From Cenarchaeum sp. (GTDB taxonomy: Archaea; Thermoproteota; Nitrososphaeria; Nitrososphaerales; Nitrosopumilaceae): a stretch of DNA of 64,000 bases. A model generated the notes under the pieces. The model had not been told where the DNA came from. It did no database searches and saw only the letters and a program-made list of their open reading frames with translations. The stretch is taken from NCBI GenBank assembly GCA_963692915.1, contig OY843584.1:64001-128000 (forward strand). Direction: 5' to 3'. Below are positions 19,608 to 30,000 of the stretch, one piece after another. The position numbers were made by a program, and so were the translations under genes. The stretch's first letter is position 1, and every line of letters begins with the position of its first letter.

Positions 19608-20554
19608 AGATCCTCTATGTCGCCTCGCGATACACGGGCGGGACCGGCATGTACGCGGTTCAGGTCTCGGAGATGATGCGCGCGCGCGGGCATGACGTCG
19701 AGCTCCTGCACGCGCCATACATTCACGCAAGAAACGCCGCCCAGCCTTCATTTGCCGTGGCATCTGCCCTAAAGGCCACGCTCACAAGACGACACCACGA
19801 CATCGTCCACGCGTTTGGCATGCCTGCGGCCCTCGCGATGCGACTCGCGCACGCGCGCCGCCGCGTCCTCACGCTAGGCGGAGTGTATTCAGAGCAGTTT
19901 GGCATGATACACCCAGGCGTTGCGCACTCGGCAGTCACTGCAGCAGAGCCGCGAGCCCTCTCCTGGGCCGACGCGCTCACGACTGACTCTGAGGACGTGC
20001 GTCAAAGGTATGCAAAGAGGCTTGGCGTGGACCTCGAGGTTCTCCTCGGCCCGCTAGACACGTCGAGGTTTGGCAGCATCGCGCGAGTGGAGCGTGACGG
20101 CAGCCCGACTGTCTCGTATGTCGGGCGCGACAGCCCCGAAAAGGGAATCGCCATTCTGCGCGCCGCCGAAAAGTCGATCAAGGCCACGGTGAAATATTGT
20201 GTGTCGCTGCCATGGGAGGAGGCCATGGCTACACTGGCCTCCTCGGACGTCTTTGTGCAGCCGTCGCTCGCCGAGAGCATACCAAACGCGACAAAGGAGG
20301 CCCAGTATCTTGGCATACCCGCAGTCGGCTCGAACGTCGGCGGGATACCCGAGATAATAGAGCATGGCAAGACTGGCCTGCTTGTGCAGCCGGGCGACGC
20401 TGCTGCCCTCGCAGACGCGGTAAACTCGCTACTTGATGACCCCGAGATGGCCAAACGCCTCGCCGAGGCTGCGCGCCGGCGCGTCATCGAGCGTTTCTCC
20501 AGTGATGCGCTCGCTCCGATATATGACGAGTTTTACGCGCGCATTGCCGCATAG
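19604..20554 (+). CDS. Glycosyltransferase family 4
   Basis: YVGR..EKG, DVFVQPSLAESIPNATKEA, VGGIPEII. Confidence 0.92.
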   Translation: MKILYVASRYTGGTGMYAVQVSEMMRARGHDVELLHAPYIHARNAAQPSFAVASALKATLTRRHHDIVHAFGMPAALAMRLAHARRRVLTLGGVYSEQFGMIHPGVAHSAVTAAEPRALSWADALTTDSEDVRQRYAKRLGVDLEVLLGPLDTSRFGSIARVERDGSPTVSYVGRDSPEKGIAILRAAEKSIKATVKYCVSLPWEEAMATLASSDVFVQPSLAESIPNATKEAQYLGIPAVGSNVGGIPEIIEHGKTGLLVQPGDAAALADAVNSLLDDPEMAKRLAEAARRRVIERFSSDALAPIYDEFYARIAA

Positions 20555-20610
20555 ATGAGCCGACTGTCTGATAGATCTGTAAATCCTGGTGGACTGCACT
20601 GTGGGCAGTT

Positions 20611-22275
20611 CTAGACTGTTGCCTGCGAGGCCTCGTGCATCATCTGCGACTTTGCGCAGCCTGCTGCAAGCTCGTCGCCGGCACCGCGCCTCATGAGGCC
20701 GCGATAGAGGCCGTCCTCGAGCTTTGTGCCCTCGCGCTCCTCCCACTCCTCGACGCTAATCGAGTACTTTTTCTGGATGCGGTCACGATACCACTCGGGT
20801 ATGACGTTGAACGCGCAAAAGGGCACAATCCTGAGGTCAGGCGTGAGATAGTGTATGTCACAGCGCTGGAGGCGCTCGAGGTCCTCGTTGTACTTGTCCT
20901 GAAAGTGCATCATGCCCAAAAAGAGACCCTTTACGTGCCAAGAGCCGACTGAGTCAAACGTGCGCTTCATGAGTATGTTGCCGAACATCTTTGCGAGGTC
21001 GAGGCCGGCGGGCTGCTTTTTCTTGTCGATGAACGATGAGAGCTTGCGCACGACCTCTAGCATCGTGAAATACTTGTTCTTGCCGGAGCGAATCTCCTCG
21101 GACTTGTCCTCAAAGAGCTCGAGCATTCCCTGTATGTCGCAGAATTTGGTTATCGGGACAAACTTGCGAGTGTCCTCATCCTCAAAGACATACGTGCCGG
21201 CTCCGCACGCAAAGTGTATCGAGAGCTCGTACTTTGGCTTGCTAGAGAACGCCTCGATGACGTTGGTGAGCGGCATGCAGCTCGGGACGGGGAACCAGTC
21301 GTCGATCGTGACCTCGCCGGCCGTCTGCTCCTCTATCCTCTGTATGCAGTCCGGTATCGTAATCCTGTACTTTTCGCGCTCTTGCTTGCCCATGCGACCC
21401 GTCAGCGAGACTGGCTGAAAGTTGACGGCGTGGACGACATCCATGTTCTTTTGCGCATAGCGGATGATTCCGCCGAGCTCGTGGTCGTTTATCGACTTTA
21501 TGACAGTGGGAACAAAGACGACAGTCGTGCCCGTCTTGCGGCAGCTGTCAAGGGCGTGCGGTATCTCCCAGTGGTTCTTTGGGTTTGTGCGCGCCGTGAC
21601 GCCGTCAAAGCTGAGATAGAGGTTGTTGCAGCCAGCCAGCCTGACCTCGCGTGCGGCCTCTGGATCCATGGCGTGGCGGATGCCGTTCGTGTTCATCTGT
21701 ATGTGGTCGACGCCCTCCTCCTTCATTATGCTGATGACATCGGTAATGTCCTCGCGCAGCATCGGCTCGCCGCCGGTGATCTGCATAGAGTTGCCCGGTA
21801 TTGGCCTCTCGGCGCGCAGCGTCTTCATCATTGCGCGTATCTGCGCGTGGTCTGGCTCGTACATGTATGCGCCCTCTAGGCCCTTTTTCACATAGAAAAA
21901 GCAGTACCAGCATGTCAGGTCGCACCTGTTGGTGACTATCATGTTTGCCAGGCCGCTGTGCGAGAGGTGGCTCGTGCAGAGGCCACAGTTGTTGGGGCAC
22001 GAGCACGTGTCCACGCGCACGTTTGGCGCATGGGCCCCCTTGCCGTCGACCCAGTACGTGCTGAACTTTTTGTACATCTCGTAGGACCCAAAGTAGAGCT
22101 CCTCGCACTCGCCGTGCTCGGGGCACGTCTTTGTCATGTATACGCGCCCGCCGCGCTCAAAGACCTCGGCATCGAGGATCATGTTGCAGTCAGGGCATAT
22201 GCTCTGCGTAAAGCGGATCGAGGACTTTTTGCCCTGTGCCTTGGGGCTCTGTCCGGCGATCTGTATCAGTGACAT
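20611..22275 (-). CDS. tes: Tetraether lipid synthase (GDGT macrocyclising radical SAM enzyme)
   Basis: N-terminal CPDC..CPEHG, CPNNCGLC..H, radical SAM TNRCDLTCWYC, QITGGEP, C-terminal RLQRCDIHY..PFCAFN. Confidence 0.88.
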   Translation of the reverse strand: MSLIQIAGQSPKAQGKKSSIRFTQSICPDCNMILDAEVFERGGRVYMTKTCPEHGECEELYFGSYEMYKKFSTYWVDGKGAHAPNVRVDTCSCPNNCGLCTSHLSHSGLANMIVTNRCDLTCWYCFFYVKKGLEGAYMYEPDHAQIRAMMKTLRAERPIPGNSMQITGGEPMLREDITDVISIMKEEGVDHIQMNTNGIRHAMDPEAAREVRLAGCNNLYLSFDGVTARTNPKNHWEIPHALDSCRKTGTTVVFVPTVIKSINDHELGGIIRYAQKNMDVVHAVNFQPVSLTGRMGKQEREKYRITIPDCIQRIEEQTAGEVTIDDWFPVPSCMPLTNVIEAFSSKPKYELSIHFACGAGTYVFEDEDTRKFVPITKFCDIQGMLELFEDKSEEIRSGKNKYFTMLEVVRKLSSFIDKKKQPAGLDLAKMFGNILMKRTFDSVGSWHVKGLFLGMMHFQDKYNEDLERLQRCDIHYLTPDLRIVPFCAFNVIPEWYRDRIQKKYSISVEEWEEREGTKLEDGLYRGLMRRGAGDELAAGCAKSQMMHEASQATV

Positions 22276-22307
22276 CCTGCATCAGGTGTTCTATGGGCCC
22301 TTATAAC

Positions 22308-22325
22308 GAATTTGTCACCAAATTC
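22308..22325. promoter_or_regulatory. Perfect inverted repeat GAATTTG-N4-CAAATTC, candidate operator
   Basis: Lies between divergent tes (TTATAA at 22301-22306) and TrmB (TTTAAAT near 22354) promoters. Confidence 0.45.
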
Positions 22326-22383
22326 ACGGTGTTTTGGGGGTTTTCGTGCCTGATTTAAATACCCTAGAGGGTCTATAGCGCCC

Positions 22384-23148
22384 ATGAGCGTCTCGGGCAG
22401 GGTGCGCAAGGCTCTCGAGCGCGTCGGACTGACCGGATACGAGATCCGCGTCTACTCGTCGCTCCTCTCTGGCGGTCCGCAGAACGCCGGTGCCTTGAGC
22501 ACGGGCTCAGGCGTGCCGCACTCAAAGATATACGAAACGCTCGCGTCCCTCGAGGAGAAGGGGTGGGTCTCATCAGACGATTCGAGGCCGACTGTATACG
22601 CGCCTCACTCGCCGTCTACTGGCCTCGAGGCCACGCGCAGGGTCGCCGAGGAGCGCCTCACCGGCGACAGCCGCGCGATCATGGCCGAGCTTGGCCCCGT
22701 CTATGAAAAGAGCGGCACTAGCGAAAAGCCTGACATTCTGGTCCTCTCTGGACTCGAGAATATCGCCTCGCGGATATTGGAGATGATCGACTCTTGTAGG
22801 ACCGAGGTCATGATCGCCATGCCGCACGTCGGCCGCGAGATGTTGACTGCCGCGCTGCCAAAGCTGCGCCTCCTCCATGACCGCGGCGTAAAAATCACGG
22901 TTCTCGTGTCTGACGGGACGAGCTCGGCGACGGTCCGCTCGATATCGCGCGTTGCTGACGTAAAGGTGCGCCCAAATCTCTTTGGCGGCGGAATAATATC
23001 TGACCGGCAGCACGTCGTCATACTCCTGGGCCCCGAGTCGGGCACGGCGAGTCCCGAGATAGTCGCCATATGGGCAGATCATGCGGGCCTGGCGAGCCTG
23101 GCGCGCGAATACTTTGAATATCTCATAAACGACGAGGCTGCGCAATGA
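22384..23148 (+). CDS. TrmB family transcriptional regulator
   Basis: GLTGYEIRVYSSLL..SGVPHSKIYETLASLEEKGWV HTH plus C-terminal effector-binding domain. Confidence 0.9.
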   Translation: MSVSGRVRKALERVGLTGYEIRVYSSLLSGGPQNAGALSTGSGVPHSKIYETLASLEEKGWVSSDDSRPTVYAPHSPSTGLEATRRVAEERLTGDSRAIMAELGPVYEKSGTSEKPDILVLSGLENIASRILEMIDSCRTEVMIAMPHVGREMLTAALPKLRLLHDRGVKITVLVSDGTSSATVRSISRVADVKVRPNLFGGGIISDRQHVVILLGPESGTASPEIVAIWADHAGLASLAREYFEYLINDEAAQ

Positions 23149-23609
23149 CGGGCGAGCACGGCGAGGAGACGCTCTTTGTGGGGACGGCCGAGGCCGAGCA
23201 CATGGAGATGTACCTAAAGGCGATATGGCACATACGCGAGCGCGGCGAGGAGGTAAAGATTAGCACGATTGCGCGCATGCTCCACATTCGCCAGCCAAGC
23301 GTTGTCCAGATGCTCAAAAAGCTCGACAGGCAAGGCCTTGTGACATATGACAAGCTCGACGTGGCGCCAACTGCGCGCGGCCGCGAGATTGCGACAAAGA
23401 TGATCCGCAACAGCCGCCTCCTGGAGGTTCTCATGGACGAGGCCCTAAAGATAGACATTGATGAGGAACTCGTGTGCGGAACCGAGCACCACATGAGCAA
23501 ACAGTTCACCGACGCGCTGTGCACGATGCTGCACCACCCGCGCAAGTGTCCGCACAACCTTGACATTCCGGCCGGCGAGTGCTGTGAGAAGAAAGAGGAT
23601 GCGGAATGA
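23145..23609 (+). CDS. DtxR/MntR family metal-dependent repressor
   Basis: EMYLKAIW, PSVVQMLKKL, RNSRLLE, EHH, PRKCPH. Confidence 0.92.
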   Translation: MTGEHGEETLFVGTAEAEHMEMYLKAIWHIRERGEEVKISTIARMLHIRQPSVVQMLKKLDRQGLVTYDKLDVAPTARGREIATKMIRNSRLLEVLMDEALKIDIDEELVCGTEHHMSKQFTDALCTMLHHPRKCPHNLDIPAGECCEKKEDAE

Positions 23610-23667
23610 TACGTGACAAGAGTACATATAGCGCATATGGTATAGGGACAAACCCCGAGAGACTCAT

Positions 23668-23707
23668 ACTCGCGCACTCGCGCACTCGCGCACTCGCGCA
23701 CTCGCGC
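23668..23707. repeat. Perfect tandem repeat (ACTCGCGC)x5
   Basis: Read directly; about 115 bp upstream of the MTase ATG. Confidence 0.95.
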
Positions 23708-23823
23708 ACAACTGAACAAAGATCTGCTGATCACCCCAACTCTACACAAATTTCTGTTTTATGTGATCTCTACTCGTGTGGACTTCAGTGTTCCGCCCCT
23801 CTGTGTGATGGGGGATTGTCGCC

Positions 23824-26800
23824 ATGACCGAACAGAAACTCTCTGTTCGGTTGCAGACGTGCAAGTCACTCGATGATGTCGTGAATGCATTTGTGGGCAT
23901 TGGGCTCAAAAAAGCCCACCGCCTCAGTTCTAGCGGCTATGCGCTTGCAATAACGTCGTCAGGTAGCGATTTTCTTAACATTGTGGCCGTGGATCAACTG
24001 CCTTCTTCGATTCAGCCTCCAGAAAAACGTGCCAATGTTCGGTTTGCGCTCTATGTTGACTCTACATTCAGCTCGTACAAATTCTTTGATGTGTATGCCA
24101 AAACTGGCCTGGGTATATCTTACTCATTCACAGCATCAACACTTGCTGATGGCTCAATCAACAACATTGCCACAAAGAAACTTGATGATGTGGCCTTCAA
24201 CAATCTTGATTCTTTTCGCGCTGTGGTCGGAACTACTATTGAAGAAGCGATTCAAAATTTTGAACAAAACCTCAAAGTAGTTATTGATTCATTACGAGCT
24301 GAAATCGATGATAAAATTAGCAAAAATAAAAATCTACAACTAGCTCTGGATGACACTGTATCTACATTTAGTGGATTTATAGGATCTGAATTTAAAAAGA
24401 ATGCACTCATTGAACTTTTAATCCAACATCTACTTACCAAGGACATATTCACTGCTGCATTTGGCCAAGGATTTCATCATGGTAATAACGTTGCAAAATG
24501 CCTTGACGTACTTGCAAAATGTTTTGACGATGTGCCAACTTTAGCTAATGATGCTTATGCTCTCAACGAACGCCGTGATGCTGTAATTCAAGTTATAGAG
24601 TTACACTCACTTGAAGATCGTCTCGAAATTATCAAATTGGTTTACGAGGCATTTTATGCCGTGTATAATCCTCAAGATGCTGATCGACTTGGAATAGTAT
24701 ATACACCTAAAGCTGCTGTTGATTTTATTATAAAATCTACTGATCTACTGATGGAAAAACATCTTAAAACTTGCCTTCATGACAAAAATACTCACATTAT
24801 TGATCCATGCGTAGGAACTGGCACATTCATGCTTTCATTGATTCAACATATCGGCACAAATCTAAACTCTAACTCAAAACATCTTGTCTATAAATATGAA
24901 AATGAATTACATGCTAATGAAGTTTCTATTTTGGCATACTATATAGCAGCTATGAACATTGAACGTATGTTTGAATCAATGTCGAATAACGCTAAAATTT
25001 TTCCGGGCATTGTGTGGCGTGATACATTATTATCTTTAAATCTCGATGATTTTCCCGTTCGCGGCAATGATAACATAGCTAGGATGCGTGCTCAACAAAC
25101 ACGAAAAATCACTGTCATAGTTGGCAATCCTCCATACAATGTAGGACAAAAAAACTTTGGAGATGGCAATCCAAATCCCACATATTTTGCAAATGGTTCG
25201 GGAGTGGATGATCGGATAAGCCAAACCTATCTTAAACACAGCAAATTTAAAAAACAGACACGTGATCTGTACAAACGCTTTGTTCGGTGGGCTAGTGATC
25301 GTATAGGCGACAAAGGGATTGTAAGTTTCATTAGCAATAACTCGTTTGTGCACTCAAATAATTATGATGGGATGCGTAAATGCCTGTCTGAGGAATTTGA
25401 CCATATTTATATTTGTGATCTTCGAGGAAATGCATATTATTCCGGCGAGGCCTGGAGAAAAGAAGGTGCTAAATTTTTTGGTTCTAAATCTAGAGTAGGA
25501 ATCGCAATATATTTTTTCATAAAAACTGGCCAAAAAAAGAAAAATCGATCTGCTAAAATTCACTATGCTGACGTTGGTGATTATAAAACCCGAGACGAAA
25601 AGTTTGATTGGATTAGCAACACAACAGTCACTAACATGAAGTTTCGATCAATTGTACCTAACCTCGACAATATGTGGATCGCCCCAAAAATTAATTTATC
25701 ATATCGCCGACTTGTTCCTTTAATTTCATTTCAAACTAAAAAGGGTGATGTTGAAAACGCCATTTTTCGTATTTTTGCAACCGGTATCAAAACTGCTGCT
25801 GATAGTTGGCAAATGGATTTTGACATTAATATCTTAAAGAAAAAACTTCATATGTATATCAGAGAATATGATGACTTACGTGTACGTTACCAAAACATAC
25901 TCGATAAATCAAAATTCGACATTTCAGATTATCTTAAAAATTCTCCTATTCCTTGGTATTCTGGATTTGATACAAAAGCAAGATCTGGCAAAGTCATGTC
26001 GTTTTCTAATCACCGAATTCGTTCAATCTTATATCGTCCATTTCTTACTAAATATTTTTATTATGACCTTGTTATGATCCAGAGAACTTCTCGCTGGCCT
26101 GACATTGTCAATTCTAACTTAGATTCTAACATTCCTAGCATATGTGTATCTGCTCGCTCTTCACGGCAATTTGAATGCGTGGGAGCATACGGATTTGTTG
26201 ATCATTCGACCATATCGAATTCTCAAAATATTCCATTATATACAATTGCAAATGATAATTCGAGAATAAGCAACGTGACTACATTTGGACGTACATTGTT
26301 TCATCGACACTATGAAAATTCTAAAATCACTGATGATGATATATTTTATTATTGTTATGCCGTACTGATGGATCCTCTATATATAAAAAAATATGGACCT
26401 GAAACTAAAACATTACATCCTCATATACCGCTTCATCCTAACTTTTTTGATTGGATGTCTATAGGTAAACAACTGTTTGAACTCCATGCTGATTATAAAA
26501 AACAACCACGCTATAACTTACATCCGGTTCATCATCATGGTGACCAGTCTAAGTTTATACTTAATCTCGTTTCTTCTAATGATGGCAAATGGAAAGCGCG
26601 CATCGATGAATCCTTTTCCATCGATGGAATCCCTGCTAAAGCTGCTAACCCAAAAGCTGGTGGATATGTTATTGGCGCTCGAACTCCTATTGGGTGGGTT
26701 TTGGAACATTATCAAAAAGCATGCAAAAAATCACCAAAATCATCAAAACCATCAATTCCAGTAAATTTGGATCTTTTAGATTTTGTATCATACCGCGATG

Positions 26801-27021
26801 AAATCATTGATCTTGTGTATCGTTTATGTACAGTCTCTGTAAACACTGAAGCCTTACAAAATCATATCTTGGCACTCCCACATTCGTTTACTCCTTGTAC
26901 AAAATCTTGTTGTAGCTCATTGTTAACCACAAAAGATGTGCTCACACATTCTACAAATACTACAATTACCAAAAAACGATCTTTTCGCACGAACAACACA
27001 TCTCAACAGGTTATACTATGA
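23824..27021 (+). CDS. N6-adenine DNA methyltransferase with Type ISP-like MTase/target recognition region
   Basis: ADRLGIVYTP, IDPCVGTGTF (motif I), GNPPYN (motif IV), RWASDRI, IYICDLRGN, YRPF; no helicase or PD-(D/E)xK motif seen. Confidence 0.88.
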   Translation: MTEQKLSVRLQTCKSLDDVVNAFVGIGLKKAHRLSSSGYALAITSSGSDFLNIVAVDQLPSSIQPPEKRANVRFALYVDSTFSSYKFFDVYAKTGLGISYSFTASTLADGSINNIATKKLDDVAFNNLDSFRAVVGTTIEEAIQNFEQNLKVVIDSLRAEIDDKISKNKNLQLALDDTVSTFSGFIGSEFKKNALIELLIQHLLTKDIFTAAFGQGFHHGNNVAKCLDVLAKCFDDVPTLANDAYALNERRDAVIQVIELHSLEDRLEIIKLVYEAFYAVYNPQDADRLGIVYTPKAAVDFIIKSTDLLMEKHLKTCLHDKNTHIIDPCVGTGTFMLSLIQHIGTNLNSNSKHLVYKYENELHANEVSILAYYIAAMNIERMFESMSNNAKIFPGIVWRDTLLSLNLDDFPVRGNDNIARMRAQQTRKITVIVGNPPYNVGQKNFGDGNPNPTYFANGSGVDDRISQTYLKHSKFKKQTRDLYKRFVRWASDRIGDKGIVSFISNNSFVHSNNYDGMRKCLSEEFDHIYICDLRGNAYYSGEAWRKEGAKFFGSKSRVGIAIYFFIKTGQKKKNRSAKIHYADVGDYKTRDEKFDWISNTTVTNMKFRSIVPNLDNMWIAPKINLSYRRLVPLISFQTKKGDVENAIFRIFATGIKTAADSWQMDFDINILKKKLHMYIREYDDLRVRYQNILDKSKFDISDYLKNSPIPWYSGFDTKARSGKVMSFSNHRIRSILYRPFLTKYFYYDLVMIQRTSRWPDIVNSNLDSNIPSICVSARSSRQFECVGAYGFVDHSTISNSQNIPLYTIANDNSRISNVTTFGRTLFHRHYENSKITDDDIFYYCYAVLMDPLYIKKYGPETKTLHPHIPLHPNFFDWMSIGKQLFELHADYKKQPRYNLHPVHHHGDQSKFILNLVSSNDGKWKARIDESFSIDGIPAKAANPKAGGYVIGARTPIGWVLEHYQKACKKSPKSSKPSIPVNLDLLDFVSYRDEIIDLVYRLCTVSVNTEALQNHILALPHSFTPCTKSCCSSLLTTKDVLTHSTNTTITKKRSFRTNNTSQQVIL

Positions 27022-30000
27022 CATCGATTAGTCCGGACACTTGGAAAAATTCTGATATTGTGGATAATGTTCATGTCACACTCAAGGACGCTTTTTCCCA
27101 AAGGGCAAAAAATGCCGATAAGGAGATATGCATCGCCTCGGGTTACCTCTATCTATCCGGATTCGTTGAAGTGGTGGACTCGTTTAATCCAAACTCTGGA
27201 GTGAGAATACTTATGGGCAATGAAACAGATATTGAGACTGCCGATGAACTGCATGCTGGCCACAAGGCGGCGTGTGACCGAGCCACTCGTCGTGATCTTG
27301 ACTGTGTGGAATCTGGCGATACGCGTCTCTCCAAGCTCTATCACATGGTGGCAAATGGCACTGCTCATGTGCGCATTTACACAAAATCGCGTTTTCACGC
27401 AAAAGCATACATCTTCACACGTGCCGATTCCGATGATGACAAGGCAATAGTTGGATCGTCAAATCTGACGTCATCCGGACTTGATTCTAACACAGAGCTA
27501 AATGTGGTTCATAAGGGAAGCTCTAACATCCATCTTCTAAAGGCATGGTTTGACGCAAAATGGGCAGAGGCAGAACCCTTTGATCGCTCTTTGCTCAAAA
27601 TTGTGAATGAGTCTGGCAAGCTTCAGGGCACTGCACCAGACTTTGTTGGGGTTCGTGGCCTCATTCGAGAGGCAGCAAGCGAGATATTGCGCACATATGG
27701 CCCGCTCAAGCGTCGCACTCGACATAGCATCGAGCCACTGGCAAAGTTTCAAGATGACGGTGCTGCCATGGTGGAGCGCTCCATCGACAAGTTTGGTGGA
27801 TCGATACTCTCAGATTCTGTGGGTCTGGGCAAGACCTTTGTGGCAATGCGTGTTATTGAAGACTATGCGGCCGATCATCCAGACGGGCGCATTCTGGTAA
27901 TTGCTCCCCGCAGCGCAATGTCGAACTGGAAATCAATCATAACCAGCGGTCAGTTTCAGGTGCGTCGATCCATCATAGATCTGCGCAGCACAACACAGAT
28001 CAGCAACTATGATCCTGAAGATAGCACCGATGACCGTGTGGAGATAGATCACCTGTCAGGGTGCGGCCTTGTCGTAATTGACGAGGCGCACAGGTTTCGC
28101 AACCCTGGCCGAAAAAACAGAAAAAACCTCGAAGAGATTGGCACGCAGGGCAAGCGCGTCATGCTAATCACGGCAACGGCGGTAAACAATTCGGTCAGCG
28201 AGCTCACCAGCCTGATTCGCATATTTACCGACGGCACCTCCCTCCTAAACCATGACAGCCGGATGGACATTGACTCGTTCGACGCATATGCACGTGCCCT
28301 GTACGACCCAAAGCAGGATGCCAATGAGATTACCAGGCTACGATCACAAATGAGCCTGATACTACGCACCATTATGGTTCAAAGAACGCGAAGTCATGTC
28401 AGAGGCCAGGTTATTGCAGGAAAGAGAATAGAGTTTGTGACACCCCGGGTGAGCACATATGACTGTGACAGCCTTGACGGTAAATTTTACTCAGAATTTG
28501 AGGCGGTAGTATCTGACATTAGCCTTCCGCATATGTATATCGTGTCTGAAAAAAAGGGCAACATTAGCGCCCTGTACAAGGTCATGCTCTACAAGCGCCT
28601 TGAGAGTGGCATTGTCGCGCTAGACATGTCGCTTGCGCGGCTTGTGCGATCGCAAGAAAAGCTACTCGCTGCACTGCAGTCAGGAAATCCCAGGGAGAGT
28701 GTTGAGCAATGGTGGAAGAGCTCGCGCCGTTCAGGCGTTGATGACGGAAACCTTGATGACTATGACGAGGAGATTGGCGGGGGCGTTCTTGGCAGGATAC
28801 GCTCCATGAGCGACAGTGAGATCATCACGCTCCGAGACGGCCTAGAGTGTGACATTGCGGCCGTGAGCAAGTTTGTCAATAGTCACATTGTCCCACGCAG
28901 GATGGATGGCGGCCTGTATTGCGATCCAAAGGCCGACGCATTTGCCAGGATACTAGGCACGCTGTCGGGCAAAAAGGTCCTCGTGTTCACCCAGTCCGTT
29001 GACACTGCCGAGTGGCTCGGACGTGTTTTGAAGTCGCAAAACCACCCATCATATGCGGTAGTGACCGGCCAGACGGATGATGACGTGCGCAATGACGTGA
29101 TTGAGAGGTTCTCCCCACGCTCCAACCCTAGAAAAGACGGCAACGTGGGGGAAGCAGGCGAGCTGTCCGTCCTTGTGGCCACTGACACGTTATCTGAGGC
29201 CGTAAACCTCCAGGACTGCTCCAACGTGGTCAACTTTGACCTGCCGTGGAACCCAATGGTCATAGTCCAGCGCGTCGGCAGAATCGACCGCATTGGCAAC
29301 CTTGGGCGGTCGCACGTTCACAACATCATGCCAAACGGGGCGCTCGAGCACTTTTTGAACCTTGTGGGAACGCTAAAGGGCAAGATTGACGGCATCATGG
29401 ACACGGTGGGCAAGGAGTTTCGCATACTAGACGAGCGCGAGCAGGTGGATCCAAAGCGCTTTGAGCAGCTGGTGCGCGACCATCCGGCCTATACGGGCGA
29501 CGTTTCCGATGCGGCCGAGAACATTGACTCAAAGGGCTGCGTGGTAAACGACATGACTGTGCCTGCGCGCACACGCCTCGAGATTCACGGCATGGAGATG
29601 TCCCACGAGGCGCCCAATGTCACTCCTTGCGCCGCAATTCGCGTGCCCGGCGCATCACGGACACTAGTGGCAATGTATCGAATATTTGACAGGGTGAACA
29701 ATGTGCCGCTCTCGGATGCCGTGGTGTCTGCCGATGTTCGAGATGACGGCACACCGGGACAGCTGCGTGAGGCCAATGAGGATTCCGAGGAGTGGCTTGA
29801 CATGTTTGACCTGATAGAGCATGACGGCGCCGCCGAGGTTGCAGCGCCGGATGGTAGGTCAAGGGATGCGCTGATACAGTTCAACAAGCTGTATGGTGAC
29901 ACCACATTTGAAAAACAACGCCTACGCTATAGTCGCCCTGGGCGTAAAATGTCTAGTGCAGAGCGGGCACTATTGTCCCGTGCCCTCCATATCGACAAGA

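Noticed and set aside
20551-20610. Second C/D box sRNA (TAGATGA...CTGA)
   Set aside because: First spacer is only 9 nt and there is no proper terminal D box
20611-22275. RiPP-type radical SAM maturase acting with the PqqD-like protein
   Set aside because: Motifs fit the tetraether synthase family and no precursor peptide is adjacent
23668-23707. CRISPR array
   Set aside because: An 8-bp tandem unit with no spacers and no cas genes
23606-23827. 73-aa ORF spanning the tandem repeat
   Set aside because: No protein-like features; the frame depends on repeat copy number, though it overlaps both neighbours by ATGA so it is not fully excluded
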